DNA of 64,000 nucleotides from Eimeria praecox. Its lineage: Eukaryota. Shown here in pieces: positions 51,064 through 64,000 of this stretch. Where the stretch lies: positions 5,084,001 to 5,148,000 of the forward strand of contig OY986947.1 in assembly GCA_963920595.1 (NCBI GenBank), written 5' to 3'. Under the pieces are notes generated by a model. That model was not told the origin of the DNA. It ran no database searches and worked only from the letters and a program-made list of their open reading frames with translations. How positions within the stretch are numbered: position 1 is the first letter of the stretch; every line of letters begins with the position of its first letter. Position numbers and translations under genes: made by a program.

Positions 51064-53831
51064 ACGCCTGCCCGCCAAAACTCAGTTTTGGCCTGCCACG
51101 TTCTAAGCTGCCCAGAGGTGCACAGCATTGCCTGGGTAACGATACATTTTTTGGAACTGTGCAAATAGCACGCCTGGATTGAAGGCATGACATGCTTTTA
51201 TAAACGGCACTACAGCTTTGGGCGCGGCCGTATGTGGCATTGTACGGAAGACATGTTAGCTTTTACCTCATCATGGCCTCGGCTTGTTTTTCATTTTACT
51301 TCCCGCCCTACATGAGGAAGGAGATGCGGCAACAGAAGTTTTCACGATGAGCACCAGCTCATGGTGAGAATGCTTCCCAGTGTGTCTGCATTCATTGCTG
51401 TCGGCACAGCTAGCGGAATGCTGTTGGTACCTGCTCGTGAAATTGTTTACATTAAAGCCGTGTCGTGAGGAAAACATGTTAGCTGAGCATCGGTATGTCC
51501 ACATGTCAGGGAATTTTGGGGAAGCGCTCAACTTCAGGCTAGGAAGGCACACTTTGCAAGCCCAAACTTTATACGGGCCTAGCCTGTTTGCAATTTGGAG
51601 AGCGACACTAACTCTATTTGTTTGCTGTCCCCTACAATGCCCTTGCCAAGCGCTGAGGGTTTAAGGAGACTGTTCTATTTTTGGAGGGTCAACGCACTAG
51701 CCCCATTTGCCACACATCATGGCAACAACGATGAAAAACTACCGCTTAGCATTCACTGGAGAATTGTGTACTACCGCTTCCAGAAGATGCCCAAAATGTG
51801 CAGCCCTTCACAGATTCTCCACTAGTAGGTCTTGCAGGGCGTCACTACGGTTTTCCTATCGGAACCTTGATGACCTCAGCAGTACGGGAGCTTCCTGTAG
51901 CAGTAGGCCACTTGCTTTCAGAAAGCTGTCTGCGAATGCCAAGAGGCCGCCGTGGTGAATAATTTGATTTCTTGACGGTCCTTTGCAGGTAGCGTTTCCC
52001 AGAACAGCCTATCAGCCATTTGCGAAAGGTGTCAGCAGCAGCATTAGAGGCAGTACAGCTTATGGACGATAAGAACCACGACGCTTAGAGGAAAGACTAA
52101 GCGTGCTTTTGTGCAAGAACGCGTGTTACTGTTAGTACGTCCTGCCTCTGTGAGCATCAGCATTCAAAGCTGGTCTGCATGAAATGAGCGGCATCAAAAC
52201 AGTATGACTGGAATCGTCCGATTACCGTTCACGCTTTCTGACGCGTTCTTTGATGCAAATGATGCACGAGCACTTCGTAAGATGCAACAACTTCAGAAAT
52301 AGCATCTTTCCGTTAGTTCGCCCGTTTTTAATTCCCGCAGAGTACAAGCATAGAAAACATTACGGAAACATTTCGCTCATTACGTCCAGTACTTTTGATT
52401 TAGACACGCAATAGCCGATTTCCCGTGCTCTGGCAGTAGTTAAAGTCAACTGCCCCTTAAATAGCGTCAATGCCATACAGTTCCTCCAAACAAACCTCGT
52501 CTCAGAGCTCACCGAACTGCAGATGAAGCGCATCTTCGCAAGGTTTAGCGGATCCGCTTTACCCATTTCTGACCCCTCAATCCCCCCGCCCCTCTCTTCC
52601 CGCCCTACTGCTTTCTTCCCAGAGCTTGCCAGTTTTTCTGCTGCAGCCTGCTGAAGGTACTCACTAACAGTGGGCCTGCTCCGTTAACTACAGTTTGCAA
52701 CATTTCGACGCATTTCGACATTCCAAGTGCAGATATCATGGCTTGGGTTGTATGTGATGTCCTGTCAGGCCTGGATCACTTCAGAGTTGAGTGTGCTTCT
52801 CCACCTGCTTAGGGGGCAAATACTGCCCATCCAGGCATCCATGCCTGTCTGCAATACATGAAGATAACCGAATGGATATATCCTGGCGAGATACGCCTCA
52901 AACGCCTGGTTACCGACAGTCGGTTTACCTTTGCTGAATAGGAAGCCCATAAAAGAGAGGCGAACAAATGGACATTTTGGCTCTTCCTTTTGCTATCCTG
53001 GCGCATCGGTAGCCATTGCTATGCCAGCATCCCACTGTCTATATCCACCTATAGTGGCAGAGCTGATGCTCCTTTATTATCGAACACCTGAAGCAATTAT
53101 GCTGATGATGCGCAGCGTGGGTTGCAACAGGCTACTGCTTACTGCTGGCCCACTGGGTTACAGACTGCCGATCTTCAATGATCATTTCTGACGAGAAAGG
53201 CAAGAGGCTGGCACTTCTGTTCAAGTTAGATGATCCTCTTAGAAAGCCAACATGAGTAGTCACGAGTGACGTTAAGCAGGTGACCACGCCTTCCAGTTTG
53301 CTTCTGGCGTGTTGCTGCCGCACAGTCATATTTTAACTCCATCCGTTACTAGAAGCGTCTGTGGCCGCCCGGTGCACACTTGCGTCCCTTCACGCAGTGT
53401 TGACTCTCGCAACAAGCTGCCATTGTAGTTGTTGGCCCTTGAACTGCCTTTGCAGAGCCGACTGCCGCGTGGCATCAATGCTTACGCAACGGCAACGTCT
53501 ACGCATCACACATGCATGCTGCACATCTTGTTTGTCTCTGGGCCGAATCAAGAGCTACCAGAGTAGAGACAAAGAAGTCACGCATTAGCAGCTTTGTTGA
53601 CAAGTCCGGCCCTTCTACTCTCAGCACCACATAGCTGAGCTTTGTAGCTTTTCTGGTTTGCTGTTAATCGTTGCTGGTTTTCAGTGGCCTGTTGCCTGAG
53701 CCCAGTGATTTGCAAATGCGAAGCCTTAGAAAAAGAATGTTGCAGTAATAGCGTTTGAACCCCCCAGCATATTCGTACGGTGGGGACAAAAATAGGGGCA
53801 GATGTGCGTGCGGAAATGCATATAAGCTTTA

Positions 53832-56800
53832 CTAATCGGAGCCGCTGTCGCTCGGATCCTCCATCGCTGCATCTGAATCCTCAGTAAGCGAGTCATCTTC
53901 ACTTGTCGTAGTGCCTTCGCTAGAGCTAGAAAGTTTCGATACACTGTCGTCATCACTGATGGGCTGTCCGGGAGGGGCTGCACGGTGCGAGGCGGCAGAT
54001 GCTTCGCCACTGCCGTTTTGCTCGCCGTCCAGAAAAACTGCAGAATTGTTCGGGCAAACAGGCTTTGCAACCAGAGCGCTCGTTAAACAAGAAGACGTCG
54101 GTGGGCCTGCGGCGCCCTGGAGATGAGCAGATGCTGCTGAAGTCGGTTTAGCCTCAGTTGCAGATGCAGCTCCGTTTTTCGTCTTCTTCAGCACAGATGC
54201 TTCAGCCGTATTTGCCTGCGAACGCCGCAACCATACGATGTGGACGATTTCACATTATTACGATGCCATGCATCGCTGTGCGCTCTGAGGTTCTTAAGCG
54301 AGCTGTGCAAGGAGGCATCTATCCCGGATGATCCCCTCCCGAAACTCCACCTGCAGCTACGCGCATAGAAAAAACTTGTGATCAGATCCATACAACATAA
54401 TTAGTTGTTCGGCAGTGACATCAAAGTAGCACATCCCCACCTTGTTGATTGCCGAAAGTTCTTCAAACTCTTTATTAAATTCAACTCTGCAAGACATCGC
54501 GAAGGAGACCGGCTGAAAATGGCCAGATACTTCTTTCAGATTATCAGAGCTTCCACCATCCCCTAAAATGCCTGGTCCAACCACATTATGTTCCGTAGTA
54601 TTCTCTTGCTCTGGATCAATTGCCTTGAGCAGCATTGCATCAGGGACTGTCTTCAAATCCGAGTGATGCGCCCAGGTGAGGAGATCTGAACAAAAAACGC
54701 GAAGGTGCATTTCCATCCGTAATGCAGAGTCGACGAGTCTTTACGCGACAGTATGTTTCCTCCTATCTCTAGAAGAAACAAAGCCAAATACCTCCCGTAA
54801 GGCTAAGCAGTGCTAAGGTTAAATTAGCAGGCATTTGCGTAGGGACGCTACATAATAAGGCAGAAATAAACGAGTTCTTTCCGTTTACAGGTAAACGAAC
54901 CAGGGGGATACATTACTGGAACTGCCCCTTACCATCTTCTTCAAAGCCATCTGAAAGCTGTGGCACCATCCCCAGCGGTTCGCTTTGTTCAGTTGCTGCA
55001 CACAGCACTTCACACGGCTTTACAACAATGCGAAACAAAAGTAGTCTGCCCACGTAGCAGCAGCCCCACGTTTTCTGCAGACCCCTTGCAGATCCTCTAC
55101 TACGCCCCCATCGAGCCGGCCGGTGCCTCAGCTGTGGGCTTTTAACAGTGTGCCTTAAGCTGGGCGCAGCCGTCGCACCGCAATGAGGGCGCTACGTGCA
55201 GCCTCACGTTTGCATCGCTGGCATTGGAGCATGTCATGTGTGTCCGATCGCGTTTCGCGAAGCTGAAATAAGTCTTTTACTATGTCCGTCGAAAGCCTGT
55301 ACGCCAACGGAAAGGCAGCACCGATCAGATGCCTAAGGAATAAGGCTGCTCTGTAGACGGCGGTGTCTCTCATGAGAGCCACGAAATTGCTTACGAGTCC
55401 TTTATTTGGTTTTCCCCTTCGCTGACAAGCATCGCACTGAGGCCGTCCTTGCATATTTGCCTCTGCAAAAGGTTTCCGCAATACACAAGGCATATCACCC
55501 GGGACTGTGCAACAGTTTAGTAGCCTTCCACTTCTCACAATGCTGTGCACTTAGGTTAGCTGACCTGGTAGATTTTCTCCTCAATGGTCCCCGTGCTGAA
55601 AAATCTGTAAATATAACAAGTCTTCTTCTGGCCGTCTCTCCAAACACGAGCCAGCGCCTTGCAAGACAATGATTCACATGATCGCCAGTGCAGTCGACCG
55701 TCTTCCGCCGCCTTGTGCTAGTAGCCTGTGGCTAACAAGTAGGCTAAGGGCTAGCCAGACTGCATTCGTGTCTCGGCAGAAAAGGCCTATCCAGATAGTG
55801 CATGCATACCTGTTTGTCATTCGCCGGATTCCAGTCTGGATCGAAGAGAACGAGGCGGTTGGCGCCTACTAGATTGACGCCACACCCTCCGGCCTTGCTG
55901 CTAAGTAGGAACGCAAAACTCGTAGCTGCCGAGCCACTAGGGTCGTTGAACTTCTGCACACGAAAAATTCACAAGCAAAGGGGGAACAATCGTATCTAAC
56001 GACAAGCGGAGGCGATGTACAGCAGGCAGCACCACAGAGATGCCATACGGTGATAAGATCGTGGCGCTTCTTTATGGATGTAGAGCCGTCCAGGCGAACA
56101 CAAGGATAACCAGAATCCTTGCACAGCCGCTCAAATAAGTCAAGAGTTTGCGTATAGTTACTAATAAGGACGACCTTGTCGCTTGTGTTCACGCGGATGG
56201 CATGCAGTAACCTGTTGAATACACTCACGCAAACTTCAGAATCAATGAACTCACCAACACCAGAACTTATGATATGAGAGCTGGCCATGTACACTTGCAC
56301 CTTGCCGTACTGATGGGTAAAAAGAACACAGATACTCGCATGACGTACAGGGGTGGTAAGATGTGCTTGGCGACAAACCGCCACTGGCAACAGTTTCCCA
56401 CGGATCACCTCTCAGCGCGTTTCATATACGCTCAAAAATTGAGTGTCCTGCATTGTGGATGGAGAAATGGCGTAAAGAGGCTACTCACCTTGCAAGAAGC
56501 AGCATCTTCCCGGACATATCAGGCCGGATTGAACGAACACGCGCCTTTGTGCCCTCTATGTCTAGCTCCTCGAAGAGCTTGGCACATTTCTCGAATCCCT
56601 GCAAAAGACGAAGACAGCGGAGCAGTAGCGCAAGCACAGGCTTCAGTGCGGTCAAAAGGTAGATCAGTTCCCAGTGCTTCTCTAAATGCCTCAGGGAAGT
56701 GCACTAAATGTGAGCCTATTTCTGGCAACAAGACTGCCTACAACCACATTAGGTAATATTCACAAGATCGGTGGGCAAGCATAAAGCATCATAATGCACT

Positions 56801-59762
56801 ATCCAAAAGAAAGTGCTATACATTTACGGCGGAAGCAGTGCTCCAAGAGCACCGCAATGCAATATTACATCTACTCAGTTCACGTACCGTAAGAAGGAGT
56901 GACTGGTTTTTAACAAGGGTTGGATGGTTGCAAAGCTTCATAAGTCCCTGTATAGATGACAGGACCTTCCCTGTGACGCCAGAAGATCCGCCGCTCCCAT
57001 CTGCGTTTAACAGCTTTCTGCAGCTAAGTGTCAGGCCATAAGCACCACCAGACGGCTAGACTATTCTACAGTATATCACTGCCGAGATAGGGGAGGATTA
57101 GAATGTAGCATAGCTTAAACGGTGTCAAGCCACATCAAAAGGAGCAATGCATTTCATGGCACTCGGAACAGGGGGGCTGTCATTTGCGTTTCCCATGGCA
57201 GGAATAACGTACCATTTAGACCTAAGAAATTCTTGATAGAAGGCGACTTGTAGTGGCGTGAGGTTGCAGAACAAATTCTGTTACAGTGGGCCCGCACACA
57301 TGCCAGCGCTTATGCAACTTACCAAGGAAGCCTATATGCCTTCTGGTTAGGCTGCACGCACCGACGTTCGTGCACAACTGATTCCAGGAAGGCCAACTCA
57401 CGATGATGACCTTGGGAGGCAGTACTTTTGCAAGAAGGGCATTGGTGCGTCGAAGAATGAAAAGGTTCGTGATGGAAGACAGTTCTGTTAGTCTTTCAGC
57501 TGCCAGTTCCTGTTCAGCATCCGTCGCTCCAGGCTCTCTTCCAACAAGAATTGGGGATGCGTACCGTTTACGAAATGTATGCGCATCTCCTGCGTAATCG
57601 AGCCTCCAGCGCAAAAAACAATATTCCAGTTCATTTGGATAACGCTACACATTGAATAAGGGGGACAGCATTCACGCGCAGCAGCGTGTAATCATCCAGT
57701 TTTATTGTCAGGTGCATGCAGCTAATGCGCTAAAGCGTGTTTAGTTGCTGTCTTAGTTAACGCTCGACAAACTTGACATGCGCTTTCCTAGAGAAAACGG
57801 AGAGCTGTTACAGAGTCCTTACCAAGAACATTGGGGTTGCAGAGGGATACTAGGGAGAAGAATTCGTCCAAGTCATTCTGTATGGGGGTGCCACTAAGAA
57901 GGAGCCGACGTTTGGCAGGAAGTTGGCTAATGGCTACAGATGTCTTCGTTTTGTCGTTCTTCAGCCGATGAGCTTCATCACAAATGATAAGATCAATTGG
58001 AACGGATGCAACGCGATGTGCGTGAGCCCTGAATGTTTCGTAGCTTGCAATGAGCACGCGAGACTGCAGACACACGCACAAAGGAAGGCCTCGGTATCAG
58101 GCCTCAACCAAGGCGTTCAGATGAAGAGCACATATCAGGCAGCACATAAGAAGCAAAGCAGCCTGAAAGCACCAAGCGAAAGTAGCTCATGAGGTACGCG
58201 GACACTTGCAATGAATCAAATTGCCCGTTGTGAGTCCACGTTGTGGCACTCCACAACGTAGGCCTCAGGGTGGACGCTAATGACAGCTTGAAACCCAAAG
58301 TTCAAGAGGGTCTTCGCGTGTTTCGCTGTTACTGGTCATCGTCATAGCGAGTACAAAAGCACGCATGCAATAAAAACGTTCCCATACCTGGCGATCATAT
58401 TTGAAGCCTTCAAACTTCGAGACAACTTTGTCTTTGCAGGTGTCAGCTACAGCAGTGCACGGGCATCTCCCCTGCAGCCACTTTTGCAGCTCCGCAGCCC
58501 AGTTGTTGACCAGAGATGCAGGACACACTACTACAGCTCTCCTTGCAGCTGAGGCAATAGCACATCAGATGCACAAGCTCTCTAACCCCGACGCCAAACT
58601 GGCGTCTATGGATCGATAACATACCATAGAACCCCGCCCTTTCTCTTGTTTTCCCCTTACACATAATCAGTTGAATCCACCTGCATAGTGAAGCTGCATT
58701 GCTGTACAATATCTGCCAGCTTGCCTGGTACTACGTCAATCCCTTGTTCCAGTAGAGTCCAAAGGATTGTTATACTCTGTAGTGTCTTCCCTAACCCCAT
58801 GTCGTCCGCAAGAATACAGCCGTAGCCGTCGAAGTCCTTGAGGCCCATTAGGCATTCAAATACAAAGCGCACACCCTCCCTCTGATGCTCGCGTAGCCAC
58901 CTATGTCCCGCATTAGGCAAGCAGTACCAAACATCTGCGCTGCATGGTGCTCCAGGCGAGTCCAATCGAAATCCACAGAAAGCACGCCAGCATGTAGAAG
59001 ACCAAATGCGCTATATATCCCGAACAAAACTGGTTGCTAAGGACTCGGCGGGAACTTCCAACTGATAACAATCTCTAGAATCAATGGACCTACCGCGTCA
59101 GCATGGGGTCTACTTCCACTTTGTGTTGGCCTGCTTCTTGGGGTTCATAAAGAACGAGAGGCTCGCCAGCAGGCACATCAGGTGGGTTGGCCGCAGAAAG
59201 AGGAGGGGGACTTTTGAACTGCTTGGTGTTAGTTAGGAAACACGCCGAGCGCTTCATGCGGATCCCCAGCGTCTTTCGAAGGGACTCTTCACTGCACCCT
59301 GCGAGCCCACATGCCTCTTACACTTCGAACCTCAACGAATTTCCAGTGTGTTCGAAAAATTAATCTCTAACTAATCGCTGGTGTCCACAACGATTTCTTT
59401 AGCCCTCAGTAGCTGTTCTGGAGCATCACTCCCCCCCGGTTGGGATGGTACGCGAAGAACACGTCACGGCTTGCCTGGAAGATGCCCCTTTAAGGGGCTT
59501 TTGAAAGGTTTGAATAAAATAGAAGACCCAGCCTCCACCGTCAGAAGAGGCATTAATGGAGCTCTAACGAGGCATAGCGAAGTTCCAGCGGACTCACCTC
59601 CCTGGCCGGTAGCCGCATCCCCCTCTCTACGGACAGGCCACAAGGTAACACTGTGCAAACGACGATAAGAGCAAATTATGCTGTATCATTCAGGTGGTTT
59701 GATGCATGTGGAGAAAGGATTAAATTCACCTACGGAGGTTTGGGGTTGAGGACGCGCCGCAT
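53832..59762 (-). CDS. RAD54: RAD54-family SNF2 DNA translocase; multi-exon
   Basis: Motifs: [11 protein letters not shown]...[50 protein letters not shown]...[79 protein letters not shown], then an acidic tail ending at 53832. Probable start MRRVLNPKP at 59762. Confidence 0.95.
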
Positions 59763-60974
59763 CGTGGAAGTGCGCCTCGCGGTTATTCGAGGAATCTATC
59801 AGCTTCGAGCACGCAAATTCTTGAGGCGCTTTGGCTCAAGTGGAATATCTAAGCGACTCCACTGGATCCGGCTGGCGGAAATGCAAGAGCCGAAGCCAAC
59901 TTCATTTGTAGGCAGGGCAAACACAGCACGCGGTGAGAACCCCCCAAACGCCCTAAAGTCTCAGTTAGTTTCGCGGCTGCGCCAGATATTCTCTGATGGA
60001 ATAAAGTACTCTTTGCCTGATCCGCTGCTCTGACGTGCAGCCGCAAATGCAGTCCTGCTGTGTCCTGCTGCAGTGTCTCTCCTCAAAAGTTTACAGAGTT
60101 TCGACAAATAATAGCTGATCCCCTGTCTGGTCGCATCATATAGGCTGTGCCAAAAAGGCATAAAAGACAATTTATTTCCTCGTTTAGCGAAAAAATTGTT
60201 TAGACTAGATGCTGCAGAAACCACCGAAGCCCGTGAAGGTGTTCCCTGCGTGGGTGGTTCATCCGCACGGCAAGGAGAAAAAAGCCGAACAGACACCTAT
60301 ACTTACTCATCAAAATCCATTTTCTCGCACAAAAGGAGGTAATGTGTATGGGTAGCTTTCTTAAGAAACATTAGTGTTTGATTCTGGTGGAACAGCCATC
60401 GACCCCACCAACCCTCTTTGGCCCCACGAAACCACTGGGCAGCAAAACGATCGTACTGATAAGGAAACGCGAATAGCTAACTAATTAATCACACCGTCCA
60501 AAAATCCGGAATTTTAAATGACAGACAATGACACCAGACTTATCTCCTATGCAGGCAGCAGTACCGTCACACCAGCGTTAGGCGGGATGAGCTGCCGCAT
60601 AAACACAACCATGTACACGGATGGGAAGGGATTGCCCCCTAATTAAAGTCCTGAATAGCCTTGCGCATCAAAAGTCCATTTGGAACTTCTAATGAGCCCA
60701 TTTGGCGAAACATCAACTACATTCGTAAGAGCAGATTTCTCGGCATCAAATGCGCCTTTATGGTAGTTGCGATGGCATGGTCAGCCTGCAGTTGGTACGC
60801 GTATCATGCTTGCATGCACGCAGGTTACTCAGGTCCACTCATCCATTTAGCAATTGTGCATGGCATTAGTGCATGCACTGAAGGGGTGCGCGCATGCTTG
60901 CTGAGTTGACTTGCAGCCGGAGTCGCTGCAAGCTTTGCTGGAACTCAGGGCAAGCTGCATCCTTTGCGCACCAG

Positions 60975-61430
60975 CCACACGCCTTTGTGCCGCTTTCCCC
61001 AGGAAGCCTGGAGATTGCAGAGGAAGATTAGTTGCCTTTTGGGGGCGGTTGTTTTTAGTTTGACCAAGTGTTGCAGCACACGACAGCCCGCAGCAGCCCA
61101 AGGTGGCACGAACAGTGGAGGTAGGGTGCCCTCTAATAATTCACAGCTCTTTCTCTTTGGGCCAAGTGTAGGATACGCTGCATGAGCATGGTATCTCCAC
61201 TTACTTGAAGGCTCACAATGGAGCATTAAGTAAGTGTTAATGACAGTTTACACCACACTCTACAGTGCTAGCGCATGCAGCAAAGGAGTACTGGCTGTGC
61301 GTGCATGTGGAGCTACCTTGCAGCACTAGCTGCATCAAGCTGTGTTGCCGCCCATGGCACACTGGCCCGTGTCCCTACCAGCCCCAAGTCTTTCACCCCC
61401 TGTGGCCTGGACACTAGAGGGGAGGGCAGG
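60975..61430 (+). repeat. Dispersed repeat family, partial plus full copy
   Basis: 60975-61025 reads GCCTTTGTGCCGCTTTCCCCAGGAAGCCTGGAG. 61225-61430 reads AAGTGTTAA...TCTACAG...CTGGCTGTGCGTGCATGTGGAGCTACCTTGCAGCACTAGCTGC. Confidence 0.65.
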
Positions 61431-62166
61431 TGCAGTTTGGGAACTCTTTAGTTCAACTTTTGACTCTGTTGAAGCTCTTATCGGTCCTCTACTAAGTTCG
61501 AGGACTCTGGTTACACCAAGTAACTTGCAATTATCGAGAGCGACCTAGCGCTGCTTAGCTGAAGCCAAGCCTTTTCGGCGATACCCCGCGCGCCGTTGTT
61601 TAGTTACTAGGTTACAACACAGCCTGCAATCGCGGCGCAAGCATGCTAGCGGTGCCGCTCTTGGTTGCCATCGATTCAGTCTTACCAGATCAAAGCTCTC
61701 GGAAGGTTCTCATCATTTAAAGCGCTCGGCAAATATGTGTCTCTTTTGTGTTCGCATAGTTATCGCGTCTGGTCTACGTGCACGAGCGGATGCTACTGCC
61801 ACAGAAGACTGCGACATGCTAATGAAACGGTACCCACTGTGGGATCATTCAGCAACCTGCACAATCACTGCACTGGGACAGAAAGTCCAGAAAACATTCA
61901 GGAAAAGCGTGAGGTGCCGAGCTGTGGGAAAGTGTGATTGCTGGTGGGTATGCATATTAGGCCCATCCACTACCTTTTACATGGGTTGGAAGCTCTTCCA
62001 TAATAATAATAATATAGCTCTCTAATAGTATAGCTCTCAACTACTGATTTTCGTGGGGAGTGATACGAAATCCTATGGATTCTCCAAACCACCAAGCTAG
62101 CAGAAAAACCACGTAGCACAGGCGGCACGAACTGCTAGGCAGTGGGTGACAGCAACACTGTTGGGT

Positions 62167-62370
62167 TATCTATATCTATATCTGCCTATCTACCTATCTA
62201 TCTATCTATCTATATCTATATCTATCCATATCTATATCTATCTATCTATCTATATCTACCTATCTATCTATATCTATACCTATATCTATATCTATCTATC
62301 TATCTATCTGTCTACCTGTCTCTCTATCTATGTATCTATGTATCTATCTATGTATCTATCTATCTATCTA

Positions 62371-62410
<40 letters not shown>

Positions 62411-62416
62411 TCCCTC

Positions 62417-62475
<59 letters not shown>
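62167..62475. repeat. Compound microsatellite (TATC)n-(TC)n-(TA)n
   Basis: Directly visible: imperfect TATC/TATATC to ~62372, TC to ~62419, TA at 62421-62475. Confidence 0.98.
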
Positions 62476-62479
<4 letters not shown>

Positions 62480-64000
62480 TCATGTGTCCATATATCCTTA
62501 AGAAAAGACACTAATCACCCCTGCTTCTTAGATATTCATTCGGCCTGCGCGAGATACAGTATATGAAAGCGATGTTTATGGTAGGTCCTGCGTTCATGAT
62601 CCATAGCGGTGCAAGGACACCTCCTGCCGCTGCCTCATCTTGGCACTTCTTAGGAAGCGATCTTAACAGTTTTCTCGGTCCGCCTTTGGCATATTGCCGA
62701 ACACATTTATACGTGCTCATTACTTGAATGCTATCAGAGAACGTGGGTCCTCACAGATGCCGCAGCCCTAGGACAGCTAAGGCATTTTTAAAGCTCCTAA
62801 CAACAGGATTCGCAATTGTGCAAGCAGAGGGATACGGATGGGTTCACCCTCTCCTGACTGGGTTAGCTTAGCTATGGCAAAGCCCCCTGTGTGCGGCACA
62901 GGTCTCTACTGGTAACGAACGGCTGGCTTCGCAAGCGCACAGATGTAAGGGTTGAGCATGATGTGGTCAAGCTGATGCTCAGGCTGTCCAGTAGGATGCC
63001 AAGTAAGCAACCCGAACAAAATTGCATATAAAACGCTCATTTTACATTCCTACGCAACCCCAGTTTCCCCTTCCCCTTCCCCCTGGCCCACTAATTTCTG
63101 ACCAGTGGGGAGCGGCCAACGGAGAATAGGATCAGTTTTGGCCTCATTCGCATGCTGTCAATGCTAAATACCTGCCGTCCTTTGCATATAAGCTCACTCT
63201 GATGGCTCGCCTTTCATATTAACAGAAGCGCGAAGTAGAATACGTGCTTCACGATACCTAGAAGAACCCTATGACGCCTTTCAGGTGAGCCGACTGAACG
63301 GGTGTTCCATCATGCATGCAGGGAGCCCACAACGGCAAAATTTCACTTGGTGTACTATTAATTACGCTTATTCCATCGATTACTCTCTATTTGCATGCTT
63401 ATTTAAAAAGTTTATAACATTACGGTATTACGTACTTTTGTGAACTAATCAGTGGATAAGGCGGTCCCACATCCTGGCATACATTGGCGATCGATGCTGG
63501 AGTACTGCTTAGTTCTCTCCAAGCAAAGAACGCGCTATCCTTCCAGCCTCAGCTATACCACCCTTTGCATTCCTTGATTAAATGGGCAATTGGTAGCCCC
63601 ACGAGCTGGAAGCGTCCTATCTCCTGGCGCCTGCAGCCCAAGGGTGGAACTACGTGGCAATGGGGTTTGCAAGAAAATGTATGCGGGGAGGCCGAACAGA
63701 GTCACTTCGAAGAAACCGTAGCTCCACGCGGATACCTTCGTCTCTGCGCAAAGAACTCGTAGATCTGGAGGACACTGACGCCGCCTTGGATTCTAATGGC
63801 ATATCATCTGGCAAGTCTAAAATTGGTTTTCTTCCTTACATTTTTCATCTTATGGCACGTTCAGGTCGGCTTGCGGGCTGTCCAAAGCGTTCATTGACGA
63901 CTGTGTGACTTCCGTGCCTCAGGAGCGGACGGCGCATCGCAGACTTACGGCCAGGCAAGGCAACACCAGTTGTCACGCAAGGAGCGTAGGAAGCAGCTGC

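Noticed and set aside
51480..51900. Possible integrase relic (SGNFG, IVYYRFQKM, RHYGFP)
   Set aside because: The similarity is too weak to support by eye and would need a profile search.
62142..62566. Y/I/L/S-rich ORFs
   Set aside because: They are translations of the microsatellite.
1..64000. CRISPR arrays, tRNA or rRNA genes, prokaryotic operons
   Set aside because: No repeat-spacer array or cloverleaf was seen and the sequence is eukaryotic and intron-containing. A tRNAscan/Infernal run would be needed to exclude small RNAs.

Overview
This is eukaryotic, intron-rich genomic DNA, most likely from a coccidian apicomplexan (Eimeria/Cyclospora type). That assignment is inferred from short GT-AG introns, CAG/AGC low-complexity tracts, AAACCCT heptamers, non-coding TGCATGCA octamers and a chromovirus. 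Genes in order: a very large, 5'-truncated repeat and coiled-coil protein (+, to ~8.5 kb); a ~3,000-aa DExH helicase with Spindle-E/TDRD9/DExH8-type motifs (-); an ABC1/UbiB kinase (-); a CDF/TMEM163-like membrane protein (+); a PHAX-domain protein (-); an orphan signal-peptide membrane protein (+); and RAD54 (-). At 28-36 kb lies a decayed Ty3/Gypsy chromovirus (gag-PR-RT-RH-IN-chromodomain). It has an in-phase T TTA AAC slippery site plus hairpin at the gag/pol junction. It is bracketed by two ~97%-identical 416-bp LTRs in inverted orientation: the left is a solo LTR with a TATGC target-site duplication, the right follows a polypurine tract. Older gypsy pol relics and a ~230-bp dispersed non-coding repeat family (about 10 full or partial copies) occupy intergenic space. 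Exon boundaries were read by eye and are approximate. No searches were run.
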